Notes under the pieces: model-generated
The model's input: the letters and a program-made list of their open reading frames with translations, nothing else
Told to the model about the DNA's origin: nothing
Databases searched by the model: none
Translations under genes and position numbers: made by a program
In this document: piece after piece, positions 1 to 13,804 of the stretch
Layout: every line of letters starts with the position of its first letter
How positions within the stretch are numbered: position 1 is the first letter of the stretch
Source: Paragordius varius
Taxonomy: Eukaryota > Animalia > Nematomorpha
DNA length: 16,620 nt
Assembly: GCA_964247055.1 (NCBI GenBank)
Contig: CAXTSY010000029.1
Location: 1 to 16,620 of the forward strand
Direction: 5' to 3'

Positions 1-502
1 GTTTAATATTTTAACCATTTAATTTTATAATATTTCTATATATACAATGACATTTTAGGGTAATTTTATACCCCAATGCATTTTTTATAAAGTATTTTTA
101 AAACATCCTAAATATTTATATATATATATATATATTAAATAAAATTTTAACCATTTAATTTTATAATTTTCCATATACGATAACATTTTAGGGTAATTTT
201 ATACCCCAATTTATGCTAAAATATTTTTAAAACATCTTATATATATAAAAAAATTACCTCAAAATAGTACGTTTAATATTATAACCATTTAATTTTCAAA
301 TTTTCTATATATTCGATTACATTTTAGGGTAATTTTATGCCCCATTTTTATGTTTATTAAATATTTTTAAAACATCCTATATATATATATATATTAACTC
401 GTTTAATATTAAAACCATTTATTTTATACTTTATTATATATATGCGATTACATTTTAGGGTAATTTTATACCCCATTTTTAATGTAAGTATATTAAAAAC
501 AA

Positions 503-535
<33 letters not shown>

Positions 536-779
536 CATAAAATTTTAACCATTTAATTTTATAATTTTTTTATACATGCCATTACAATTAGGGTAATTTT
601 ATACCCCATTTTTATGCTTATTAAAATTTTTTAAAACATCCTATATATATATATATTAGTTCGTTTAATATTATAACCATTTAATTTTATAAATTTTCTA
701 TTTACGATAACATTTTAGGGTAATTTTATACCCCAATGCATTTTTTATGCTTATTAAGCTTTTTTTAAAACATCCTAAA

Positions 780-815
<36 letters not shown>

Positions 816-1330
816 TACATAAAATTTTAAAACCATTTAATTTTTTTATATTTTTCTATATATATATATTTTACATAAAATTTTACCATTTAATTTTATA
901 ATTTTTCTATATATATGGATGATATTTTAGGGTAATTTTATACCCCAATGCATTTTTTATGCTTATTAAATATTTTTAAATCATCCTATATATACCATTT
1001 ACAATTCAAATTCACCTTTGAACAAAAATTGACCCTAAAAATAAATTAAATGTTTTTGAACTATAATATAACTCATTATTAATATAAAATATATCTTTAT
1101 GGCATAATTTATTATTTTTCCAAAATATTATTTTATTTTTAAACAAAATTTTATTTTTATGAAATATATGTATAAAAATATAGGGGTAATTTTTATTCTT
1201 AAAAAACATGTTATTTATTTTTTAGGGTGAATTTGAATTGTTTAAGGGTAAATTTGAATAATATTTTAACCATTTTATTTTATAATTTTTTTATATATCC
1301 GATTACATTTTAGGGTAGTTTCAAACCCCC
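1..1330. repeat. Degenerate ~130-bp tandem satellite (about 8-9 monomers) with a (TA)n tract and a GGGTA-attttA-TACCC mini-hairpin in each unit
   Basis: The marker AGGGTAATTTTAT recurs at 57, 190, 326, 457, 590, 717 and 929 (spacings 133, 136, 131, 133, 127, 212), with a diverged copy near 1311. AACCATTT and AAAACATCC recur in register. Confidence 0.9.
1002..1259. mobile_element. Small inverted-repeat (MITE-like) insert interrupting the 130-bp satellite
   Basis: CAATTCAAATTCACC (1002-1016) is the exact reverse complement of 1226-1240. Imperfect complementarity extends from about 1004-1067 to 1200-1258 through an internal AAATTCACCCT-like subrepeat. A satellite monomer resumes at about 1261. 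The target-site duplication is ambiguous: TTTA flanks 1002-1240, but the sequence is very AT-rich. Confidence 0.45.
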
Positions 1331-1747
1331 TAAAGCTGCCCTCACAACCAAATTACGGACTTATTAAAGGGGTGGGGATAATTATTTAAAATTTTATTTA
1401 TCAAAAAAAAATTTTTTGATAATTTTATAACTTATTTATCAAAAAATATTGTTTCAAAATTTAATTATTTAAAAATTTTAGTCCTTTTTAAAAATTATTA
1501 AAAATTTATTTATTGAAAAAAAATTGTTGGATAATTTCATTACTTGGAAAATTTTGTTCCTAATTTATCTTTTGGGGTAAATTCCTACCCTTACCCCAAA
1601 AATGGATGAAAAAATGATTAAATATATAAAAAAGTTAAATTTTTAAAGGTTTTAACTCGAAAAAAATGATAAAATAGAGAGTTTACTTGAAAAAATAGCA
1701 GGTAAAACTCGAAAAATTAAAGTTTTTTTGATAATTTTTGAGTTTAA

Positions 1748-1797
1748 ATTGCCCCCGAGTACGACCTTAAAGAAATTGTCAGGCTTGTAAAGTAAGT
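1748..1797 (+). pseudogene. EIF1: eIF1/SUI1 internal exon remnant (IAPEYDLKEIVR-[1-nt deletion]-CK) followed by a GTAAGT splice donor at 1792-1797
   Basis: Manual translation gives ATT GCC CCC GAG TAC GAC CTT AAA GAA ATT GTC AGG (g)CT TGT AAA|GTAAGT. This matches the animal eIF1 segment xxxEYDLKKIVRxCKK that immediately precedes EFACNG. The missing G is present in the second copy (AGG GCT TGT). Confidence 0.75.
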
Positions 1798-1923
1798 TTT
1801 TTGAGTAATTACTTGAAAAAAGTTGGTTATTTGGAAAAAAATGATAAAAATGAGAGTTTACTTGAAAAAATAGCAGGTAAAATTTGAAATATTAAAGTTT
1901 TTTTTGATAAATTTTGAGTTTTA

Positions 1924-1965
1924 ATTGCACCTCAGTATAATTTTAAAGAAATTGTCAGGGCTTGT
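1924..1965 (+). pseudogene. EIF1: Second, more diverged copy of the same eIF1 exon remnant (IAPQYNFKEIVRAC); splice donor deleted
   Basis: In-frame translation of 1924-1965. It is the paralogous position in the 175-bp duplication and lacks the AAAGTAAG segment. Confidence 0.65.
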
Positions 1966-2624
1966 TTTTGAGTAATTATTTAAAAAAGTTGGTTATTTGG
2001 GAAAAAATTAAAATAATTGTTTAAAAATTTAAGAAACTTATAGTTTTTAAGTAAATACTTGAAAAGCGAGTAAAACTCGAAAATTGTAGTTTTTTTGTTA
2101 ATTTAAAAATATAAGGTTTTGTATTTATAATCATACATTCATTCATCACCTGATTACTTGATTTTAAGATTTTACTTGTTAAGGAACTATTATTTATATT
2201 GTAGTAGCATTTATATTTATTGGCCCTTTAGAAATATTTTTAGGAAAAATATGATTATAATTTATTCATTTATAATCACGATTAACTATTCACAATCACC
2301 TGTTTATTCATCATCACGTGATTTTGATGATCTGTCGTTATATTATACAATAATTTGTTTGAAATCACCTGATTTTGATAGACATATACTATTCTCTTTT
2401 TATATATATATACACGAATTTATTTTTTTTTTAAAAGAAAATTTTATTTTTTAAAAAATATTTAAATTAATTTTTAATCTTAAAAAATATATTTTATTTG
2501 AGTGTTTCATTCAAGGGTGAATTCGAATAAATCTTACATAATATTTTTTTAAAAGTTTTTGATTTAATTTTTAGTTTTATACATTCATTCTTTGATTACC
2601 TGATTCATTACATGAATTATCTAA

Positions 2625-2660
2625 GAATTTGCCTGTGATGGAACTGTGATTGAACACCCC
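2625..2660 (+). pseudogene. EIF1: Truncated copy of the eIF1 last exon (EFACDGTVIEHP); acceptor mutated to AA
   Basis: GAA TTT GCC TGT GAT GGA ACT GTG ATT GAA CAC CCC, preceded by tatctaa instead of tatccag. Confidence 0.8.
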
Positions 2661-2830
2661 TTTGTTTTTGAATAAAATTTTATAAAAATAATGTTTTTTT
2701 AAAACATATTTGTGGTAATCATTTTATTTAGTTTTTGAATTAAAATTTAAATAAAATATATTTTTAAAGACATATTTGTGATAATCACATAATTTCTTAC
2801 ATTCATTCATTAATCACCTGATTTTTCTAG

Positions 2831-2866
2831 GAATTTTCCTCTAATGGAACTGTGATTGAACACCCC
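2831..2866 (+). pseudogene. EIF1: Truncated copy of the eIF1 last exon (EFSSNGTVIEHP); intact AG acceptor
   Basis: ttttctag|GAA TTT TCC TCT AAT GGA ACT GTG ATT GAA CAC CCC, then unrelated AT-rich sequence with a stop four codons later. Confidence 0.75.
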
Positions 2867-2988
2867 TTAGTTTATAAAAATTATAGAATGTCGCATTTAT
2901 ATTGGTCTAAGAGAAAATAAATATATTCATAATCACATAATTTCTTACATTCATTCATTGATCACCTGATTTTTGTTGAATTATCCAG

Positions 2989-3014
2989 GAATTTGCCTGT
3001 AATGGAACTGTGAT
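2989..3014 (+). pseudogene. EIF1: Truncated copy of the eIF1 last exon (EFACNGTVI); intact CAG acceptor
   Basis: ttatccag|GAA TTT GCC TGT AAT GGA ACT GTG AT, then divergence and a TAA five codons later. Confidence 0.8.
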
Positions 3015-3124
3015 AACCCTTTTTAAATAAAATTTTAAATATATTTTTTAAAAACATATTTGTAGTATTCTTTTGTTTTAGACATTCATTCATTAATCAC
3101 CTGATTTTTTGTTGAATTATTTGG

Positions 3125-3271
3125 GAATTTGCCTGTAATGGAACTGTGATTGAACACCCCGAATTCGGGGAAGTCCTTCAACTCCAAGGCGATCAACGAA
3201 AGAATGTCAGCGGTTTCTTGGTTAAATCGGGAATAGCTAAACAGGAAGCACTTAAAATACACGGATTTTAG
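3125..3271 (+). pseudogene. EIF1: Complete C-terminal exon of translation initiation factor eIF1/SUI1 (48 codons + TAG), probably non-functional because the acceptor reads GG
   Basis: Translates to EFACNGTVIEHPEFGEVLQLQGDQRKNVSGFLVKSGIAKQEALKIHGF*, with the eIF1 hallmarks FACNG, QLQGDQR and terminal K-I/V-HGF*. The HPE(Y/F)GEV motif is animal-type. The acceptor is tatttgg| versus tatccag| in the sister copy, and an in-frame TGA lies at 3113-3115. The eIF1 identity is high-confidence; pseudogene status is less certain. Confidence 0.9.
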
Positions 3272-3336
3272 CATACATTCATTAATCACCTGATTACCAA
3301 CAACTGTTTACATCTCTTTTAAAATTTTCTTTATGA

Positions 3337-3354
3337 TTAAATCGGGAATTGCTA
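3337..3354 (+). pseudogene. Extra 18-nt eIF1 scrap (near-copy of 3222-3239, the KSGIA codons) at the junction with the satellite
   Basis: TTAAATCGGGAATTGCTA versus TTAAATCGGGAATAGCTA (17/18 identical). Confidence 0.6.
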
Positions 3355-4144
3355 TATATATATATATATATTAAGGACAGCAAAGGATATTTAATTGACA
3401 TAAAAAGGACAGCAAATTCTATTAATTAAAGCAGACGATATTAAGATTATGCTTAAAAAAGGGCAGACGATTTTTCAAATATATATATATATTTAGGACA
3501 GCAAATTGTATTAATTAAAGCAGACGATATTAAGATTATACTTAAAAAGGGCAGACGATTTTTCAAATATATATATATTAAGGACAGCAAAAGATATTAA
3601 TTTAATTGACATAAAAAGGGCGCAGCAAATTGTATTAATTAAAGCAGACGATATTAAGATTATGCTTAAAAAAGAGCAGACGATTTTTCAAATATATATT
3701 ATATATTAAGGACAGCAAAGGATATTTAATTGACATAAAAAGGACAGCAAATTCTATTAATTAAAGCAGACGATATTAAGATTATGCTTAAAAAAGGGCA
3801 GACGATTTTTCAAATATATATATATATTTAGGACAGCAAATTGTATTAATTAAAGCAGACGATATTAAGATTATACTTAAAAAGGGCAGACGATTTTTCA
3901 AATATATATATATTAAGGACAGCAAAAGATATTAATTTAATTGACATAAAAAGGGCGCAGCAAATTGTATTAATTAAAGCAGACGATATTAAGATTATGC
4001 TTAAAAAAGAGCAGACGATTTTTCAAATATATATTATATATTAAGGACAGCAAAGGATATTTAATTGACATAAAAAGGGCAGCAAATTGTATTAATTAAA
4101 GCAGACGATATTAAGATTATGCTTAATAAGGGCAGACGATTCTT

Positions 4145-4181
<37 letters not shown>

Positions 4182-4740
4182 TAAGGACAGCAAAGGATAT
4201 TTAATTGACATAAAAAGGACAGCAAATTCTATTAATTAAAGCAGACGATATTAAGATTATGCTTAAAAAAGGGCAGACGATTTTTCAAATATATATATAT
4301 ATTTAGGACAGCAAAGGATATTTAATTGACATAAAAAGGACAGCAAATTCTATTAATTAAAGCAGACGATATTAAGATTATGCTTAAAAAAGGGCAGACG
4401 ATTTTTCAAATATATATATATATTTAGGACAGCAAATTGTATTAATTAAAGCAGACGATATTAAGATTATACTTAAAAAGGGCAGACGATTTTTCAAATA
4501 TATATATATTAAGGACAGCAAAAGATATTAATTTAATTGACATAAAAAGGGCGCAGCAAATTGTATTAATTAAAGCAGACGATATTAAGATTATGCTTAA
4601 AAAAGAGCAGACGATTTTTCAAATATATATTATATATTAAGGACAGCAAAGGATATTTAATTGACATAAAAAGGGCAGCAAATTGTATTAATTAAAGCAG
4701 ACGATATTAAGATTATGCTTAATAAGGGCAGACGATTCTT

Positions 4741-4775
<35 letters not shown>

Positions 4776-5124
4776 TAAGGACAGCAAAGGATATTTAATT
4801 GACATAAAAAGGACAGCAAATTCTATTAATTAAAGCAGACGATATTAAGATTATACTTAAAAAGGGCAGACGATTTTTCAAATATATATATATTAAGGAC
4901 AGCAAAAGATATTAATTTAATTGACATAAAAAGGGCGCAGCAAATTGTATTAATTAAAGCAGACGATATTAAGATTATGCTTAAAAAAGAGCAGACGATT
5001 TTTCAAATATATATTATATATTAAGGACAGCAAAGGATATTTAATTGACATAAAAAGGGCAGCAAATTGTATTAATTAAAGCAGACGATATTAAGATTAT
5101 GCTTAATAAGGGCAGACGATTCTT

Positions 5125-5159
<35 letters not shown>

Positions 5160-5597
5160 TAAGGACAGCAAAGGATATTTAATTGACATAAAAAGGACAG
5201 CAAATTCTATTAATTAAAGCAGACGATATTAAGATTATGCTTAAAAAAGGGCAGACGATTTTTCAAATATATATATATATTTAGGACAGCAAATTGTATT
5301 AATTAAAGCAGACGATATTAAGATTATACTTAAAAAGGGCAGACGATTTTTCAAATATATATATATTAAGGACAGCAAAAGATATTAATTTAATTGACAT
5401 AAAAAGGGCGCAGCAAATTGTATTAATTAAAGCAGACGATATTAAGATTATGCTTAAAAAAGAGCAGACGATTTTTCAAATATATATTATATATTAAGGA
5501 CAGCAAAGGATATTTAATTGACATAAAAAGGGCAGCAAATTGTATTAATTAAAGCAGACGATATTAAGATTATGCTTAATAAGGGCAGACGATTCTT

Positions 5598-5632
<35 letters not shown>

Positions 5633-5780
5633 TAAGGACAGCAAAGGATATTTAATTGACATAAAAAGGACAGCAAATTCTATTAATTAAAGCAGACGAT
5701 ATTAAGATAATGCTTAAAAAAGGGCAGATTTTCAAATATATATATATATATATATATATTAAGGACAGCAAAGGATATTA
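3354..5780 (+). repeat. Homogeneous satellite of ~20 monomers (about 88-140 bp) in four variants A/B/C/D, forming a ~473-bp higher-order repeat; two GCAGACGAT per monomer
   Basis: Each monomer is (TA)n, then GGACAGCAAA once or twice, AAAGCAGACGATATTAAGATTAT and G(G/A)GCAGACGATT. The diagnostic variants are short B, GGGCGCAGC in C, and TTAATAAGGG/TTCTTT in D. My parse of the order is ABC ABCD AABCD ACD ABCD A. The last C-to-C distance is about 473 bp. Confidence 0.95.
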
Positions 5781-5789
5781 ATTTTGAGT

Positions 5790-5975
5790 AACAATTTGCT
5801 TAAAAAATGTTACTTTTGACTTAAAAGATTAGTTTTTATTTCCAAAACTTGTCTTTTTTTTTTGAAAAATATGTTGATTTTGTTTTATAAAAACTTGCTT
5901 TTAATATATAAATTAGCCTTTGTCATTGTGTTTGATATAAAATTTGTTTTTCTTGAAAAAATATGTTATATATAT
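5790..5975. repeat. Degenerate TTGAAAAA(T)ATGTTGATTTT-type low-complexity repeat; left flank of the TTA array
   Basis: TTTGAAAAATATGTTGATTTTGTTTTATAAAAA (~5861) resembles TTTGAAAAATGTTGATTTTTTGTATAAAAA (~11772) on the other side of the array, in direct orientation. Confidence 0.5.
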
Positions 5976-6162
5976 TTAAATGTTTCTCTCTTCTCTTCTC
6001 TTAAAATGTTATTATTATTATTATTATTACACTTTTAATGTTTTGTGTTTTGTTTTGTGAAGAGAGAGAAGAGAAAAGAGAGAATTAGAAATTATTGATT
6101 TTGTTGTTTCAAAGAAAGAAAGAAAAAAGAAGAAATGTTGTTTTTGTTTTTCTCTCTTAAAA

Positions 6163-7404
<1,242 letters not shown>

Positions 7405-7540
7405 ACTTTTAATGTTTTGTTTTGTTTTGTGAAGAGAAGAGAAGAGAAAAGAGAGAATTAGAAATTATTGATTTTGTTGTTTCAAAGAAAGAAAGAAAGA
7501 AAAGAAGAAATGTTGTTTTTGTTGTTTTTCTCTCTTAAAA

Positions 7541-7726
<186 letters not shown>

Positions 7727-7862
7727 ACTTTTAATGTTTTGTTTTGTTTTGTGAAGAGAAGAGAAGAGAAAAGAGAGAATTAGAAATTATTGATTTTGTT
7801 GTTTCAAAGAAAGAAAGAAAGAAAAGAAGAAATGTTGTTTTTGTTGTTTTTCTCTCTTAAAA

Positions 7863-7926
<64 letters not shown>

Positions 7927-7946
7927 ATTAATTATTATTATTATTA

Positions 7947-9884
<1,938 letters not shown>

Positions 9885-10020
9885 ACTTTTAATGTTTTGT
9901 TTTGTTTTGTGAAGAGAAGAGAAGAGAAAAGAGAGAATTAGAAATTATTGATTTTGTTGTTTCAAAGAAAGAAAGAAAGAAAAGAAGAAATGTTGTTTTT
10001 GTTGTTTTTCTCTCTTAAAA

Positions 10021-10113
<93 letters not shown>

Positions 10114-10278
10114 ACTTTTAATGTTTTGTTTTGTTTTGTGAAGAGAAGAGAAGAGAAAAGAGAGAATTAGAAATTATTGATTTTGTTGTTTCAAAGAAAG
10201 AAAGAAAGAAAAGAAGAAATGTTGTTTTTGTTGTTTTTCTCTCTTAAAATGTTATTATTATTATTATTATTATTATTA

Positions 10279-10666
<388 letters not shown>

Positions 10667-11724
10667 ACTTTTAATGTTTTGTTTTGTTTTGTGAAGAGAA
10701 GAGAAGAGAAAAGAGAGAATTAGAAATTATTGATTTTGTTGTTTCAAAGAAAGAAAGAAAGAAAAGAAGAAATGTTGTTTTTGTTGTTTTTCTCTCTTAA
10801 AATGTTATTATTATTATTATTATTACACTTTTAATGTTTTGTTTTGTTTTGTGAAGAGAGAGAAGAGAAAAGAGAGAATTAGAAATTATTGATTTTGTTG
10901 TTTCAAAGAAAGAAAGAAAAGAAGAAATGTTGTTGTTTTGTTGTTTTTCTCTCTTAAAATGTTATTATTATTATTATTATTACACTTTTAATGTTTTGTT
11001 TTGTTTTGTGAAGAGAGAGAAGAGAAAAGAGAGAATTAGAAATTATTGATTTTGTTGTTTCAAAGAAAGAAAGAAAGAAAAGAAGAAATGTTGTTTTTGT
11101 TTTTCTCTCTTAAAATGTTATTATTATTATTATTATTACACTTTTAATGTTTTGTTTTGTTTTGTGAAGAGAGAGAAGAGAAAAGAGAGAATTAGAAATT
11201 ATTGATTTTGTTGTTTCAAAGAAAGAAAGAAAAGAAGAAATGTTGTTGTTTTGTTGTTTTTCTCTCTTAAAATGTTATTATTATTATTATTACACTTTTA
11301 ATGTTTTGTTTTGTTTTGTGAAGAGAGAAGAGAAAAGAGAGAATTAGAAATTATTGATTTTGTTGTTTCAAAGAAAGAAAGAAAGAAAAGAAGAAATGTT
11401 GTTTTTGTTTTTCTCTCTTAAAATGTTATTATTATTATTATTATTACACTTTTAATGTTTTGTTTTGTTTTGTGAAGAGAGAGAAGAGAAAAGAGAGAAT
11501 TAGAAATTATTGATTTTGTTGTTTCAAAGAAAGAAAGAAAAGAAGAAATGTTGTTGTTTTGTTGTTTTTCTCTCTTAAAATGTTATTATTATTATTATTA
11601 CACTTTTAATGTTTTGTTTTGTTTTGTGAAGAGAGAAGAGAAGAGAAAAGAGAGAATTAGAAATTATTGATTTTGTTGTTTCAAAGAAAGAAAGAAAGAA
11701 AGAAAAGAAGAAATGTTGTTGTTT

Positions 11725-11940
11725 ATTTGAAAAAAAAATATTTGATTTTGCTAAAAAAATGTCAAATTGCTTTGAAAAATGTTGATTTTTTGTATAAAAA
11801 TTTGATTTTGCTAAAAATTTTAAATTTACTTTAAAAATTGTTGCGTTTGTTTGAAAAATGTTAAAAAATGTTACATTAATATTTAGATTTAAAAAAATAT
11901 TTTATTTTGCTAAAGAAATGTTTAATTTTACTTAAAATGC
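11725..11940. repeat. Degenerate GAAAAATGTT/TTTGATTTTGCTAAAAA repeat; right flank of the TTA array
   Basis: TTTGATTTTGCTAAAAA occurs twice (~11741, ~11801) and AAAAATGTT several times. It resembles 5790-5975. Confidence 0.5.
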
Positions 11941-11974
11941 TTAAGACAGACAAAAATGGTATTTAACTTTTTAT

Positions 11975-12490
11975 TTCCAATAATATATAAAATAAAATAA
12001 AATAAAAAGAGTTAATAAAAAGGAAGAATGTTTATAATTTTTAACAATAAAGTGTTTTAATCAAATATTATTTATTTTTTTTAAATAAATTTAACTATTT
12101 TTAATAAAAAAATTTTTTTTTATTTTTTTTAAATAAAAATTGATTAAAAAAATTTATAAAATAAAAGGCAGTTAATAAGAAATGAAGCATGATTTTTAAT
12201 AATAAAGTATTTTTAAAACTGAAATTATTTTTTAAATAAATTTAACAATTTTTATTTTATTTAAAAAAATTTTTTTATTTATTTTTAAATGGTATTTCCA
12301 ATAATATTATAAAATAAAAAGAGTTATTAAAGGTAGAAAGTTTATAATTTTTAATACTAAAATATTTTTTAAAAAAAGTTTTAACAATTTTTATTTTATT
12401 TAAAATTTATTTTTATTTATTTTTAAATAAAAATAGATTAAAAAAATTTATAAAATAAAAGGCAGTTATAAGCATAATTTATAATAATAA
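11975..12490. repeat. Degenerate ~150-bp AT-rich repeat in A-B-A-B dimer order
   Basis: AAAATAAAAAGAGTTA occurs at about 12000 and 12311, alternating with AAAATAAAAGGCAGTTA at about 12159 and 12452. Confidence 0.7.
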
Positions 12491-12759
12491 TTGATTGAAA
12501 AATTTTTTTAAAACCGAAATTATACGGACAAAACGTAAAAATATAAGAAATAAATTTTTTTTTCTAAAAACAATTATATATTTTTTTTTAATAATAAAAT
12601 ATATATTAGATTATGTTATTTATATAATCTCAATTTTATTGTTGTAAATAATAATCAGTTATATTTAAATAATCGTGATTTGAAAAGTATAATTTTCTTT
12701 TATAAAAAAAATATTTATCTTTATATTTAAATGTCCGTATGATTTGATTTACTGTAAAT

Positions 12760-13600
12760 TAAATTTAATTATATTTTAATTATATATAAATATATATTTT
12801 TTTTTTATAAAAATTTTTTTTATAATATTATTATTTTATAAAATATTTTTTTTAAATTATATAATATATATTTTTATTTTAAAATTATATAAATATATAT
12901 TTTTATTTTATTAAAATATGTAAATTTATTTATTTTATAAAAATTTTTTTTTATAAATAATTTGGTTTTATTAAATAATTATATTTTATATATAATTATG
13001 TACAAATTAATAATTATTTTTTTAAAAAATATATAATTTAATATTTAAAATTATATATTTTTTTTATTATTCAAAAAAAATGTTTTAAAATTTTATATTT
13101 TATAAAATTATATAAATATAATTTAATATTTTATAAAATTTTATTAATAATTTTGTATTATAAATAATTATATTATATATATAAATATGTACAAATTAAT
13201 AATGATTCTATTTTTTAAAAATATAAAATTTTATATTTAAAATTATATATTATTTATTTTTATTTTGAAAAATTTTTTTTTATAAAATATTATTTTTTAT
13301 TTAAAATTTTTTTTATAAATATATTTATTTTATTAAATAATTATATATTATATATAAATATGTACAAAATAATAATTATTATTGATTTTAAAAAAATATG
13401 TTTTAAAATTTTTATATAAAAATTATATAAATATATATTTTTATATAAAAATAAAAATTTTTTTATAAATAATTTTATTTTAAATAATTATATTTTATAT
13501 ATAAATATGTACTAATTAATAATGATTCTATTTTAATAAAAAATAATTTTATATTTAAAATTAAATATATTATTATATTTTTTAAATAAATATAACTATT
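12760..13600. repeat. Near-pure A/T degenerate repeat with a 147-189 bp period, marked by ATGTAC(A/T)AAT
   Basis: TGTACA at 12999, 13188 and 13361 and TGTACT at 13508, each preceded by TAAATAATTATAT...ATATATAA. Confidence 0.65.
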
Positions 13601-13804
13601 TAAATTATTTTTTAAAAAATAATAATAAATTTTATATTTTAAATAATTTTAATTAAAACAAAGTGTTTTAATTGAATATTAAATTTTTTAATCAATCAAA
13701 TTATTTTTATTTAAAAATTTTTTTTTCAATATTTAACTATTTTTAAAAAATTAATTTTCATAAATCCCACACATTCACAAATCCGTCATCTGTTAGCTTT
13801 TCAT

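Larger units (their letters stand above)
1660..2097. repeat. ~175-bp direct duplication (2 copies plus a partial third), each carrying an eIF1 exon remnant
   Basis: TTACTTGAAAAAATAGCAGGTAAAA and AAAGAAATTGTCAGG recur at a 175-176 bp offset (GCA at 1698 and 1873; ATT at 1748 and 1924). A partial copy lies at 2052-2097. Confidence 0.9.
2135..3300 (+). repeat. Irregular tandem repeat built from the eIF1 intron 3' end (ACATTCATTCATTAATCACCTGATT, with a branch-point-like CTGAT), the acceptor and the exon 5' end
   Basis: The intron motif occurs at about 2135, 2290, 2363, 2581, 2799, 2947, 3082 and 3276. The exon-start motif GGAACTGTGAT follows it in four copies, whose exon starts are at 2625, 2831, 2989 and 3125. 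Confidence 0.85.

Noticed and set aside
1-1330. Telomeric array
   Set aside because: TTAGGG occurs once per ~130-bp unit and never in tandem.
1331-1360. CTC ACA ACC (LTT) as a possible remnant of the eIF1 RKTLTTVQG segment
   Set aside because: Only three codons match and the neighbouring codons (KAA, KLR) do not; compatible with chance.
1012-2454. ORFs 1012-1209 (-) and 2158-2454 (+)
   Set aside because: F/I/K/N/Y-rich translations typical of AT-rich non-coding DNA, with no recognisable motif.
3157-3170. Perfect 14-bp palindrome CCCCGAATTCGGGG
   Set aside because: Fully explained by the eIF1 codons for H-P-E-F-G-E. It may have influenced where copies 1 and 2 truncate (both end at CCCC), but this cannot be shown here.
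3086-3289. 67-aa minus-strand ORF
   Set aside because: It is the antisense shadow of the eIF1 exon on the + strand.
2135-3300. Clustered E-boxes (TCACCTGA, one TCACGTGA) as a bHLH enhancer
   Set aside because: More simply explained as repeated copies of one intron segment containing a branch-point-like CTGAT.
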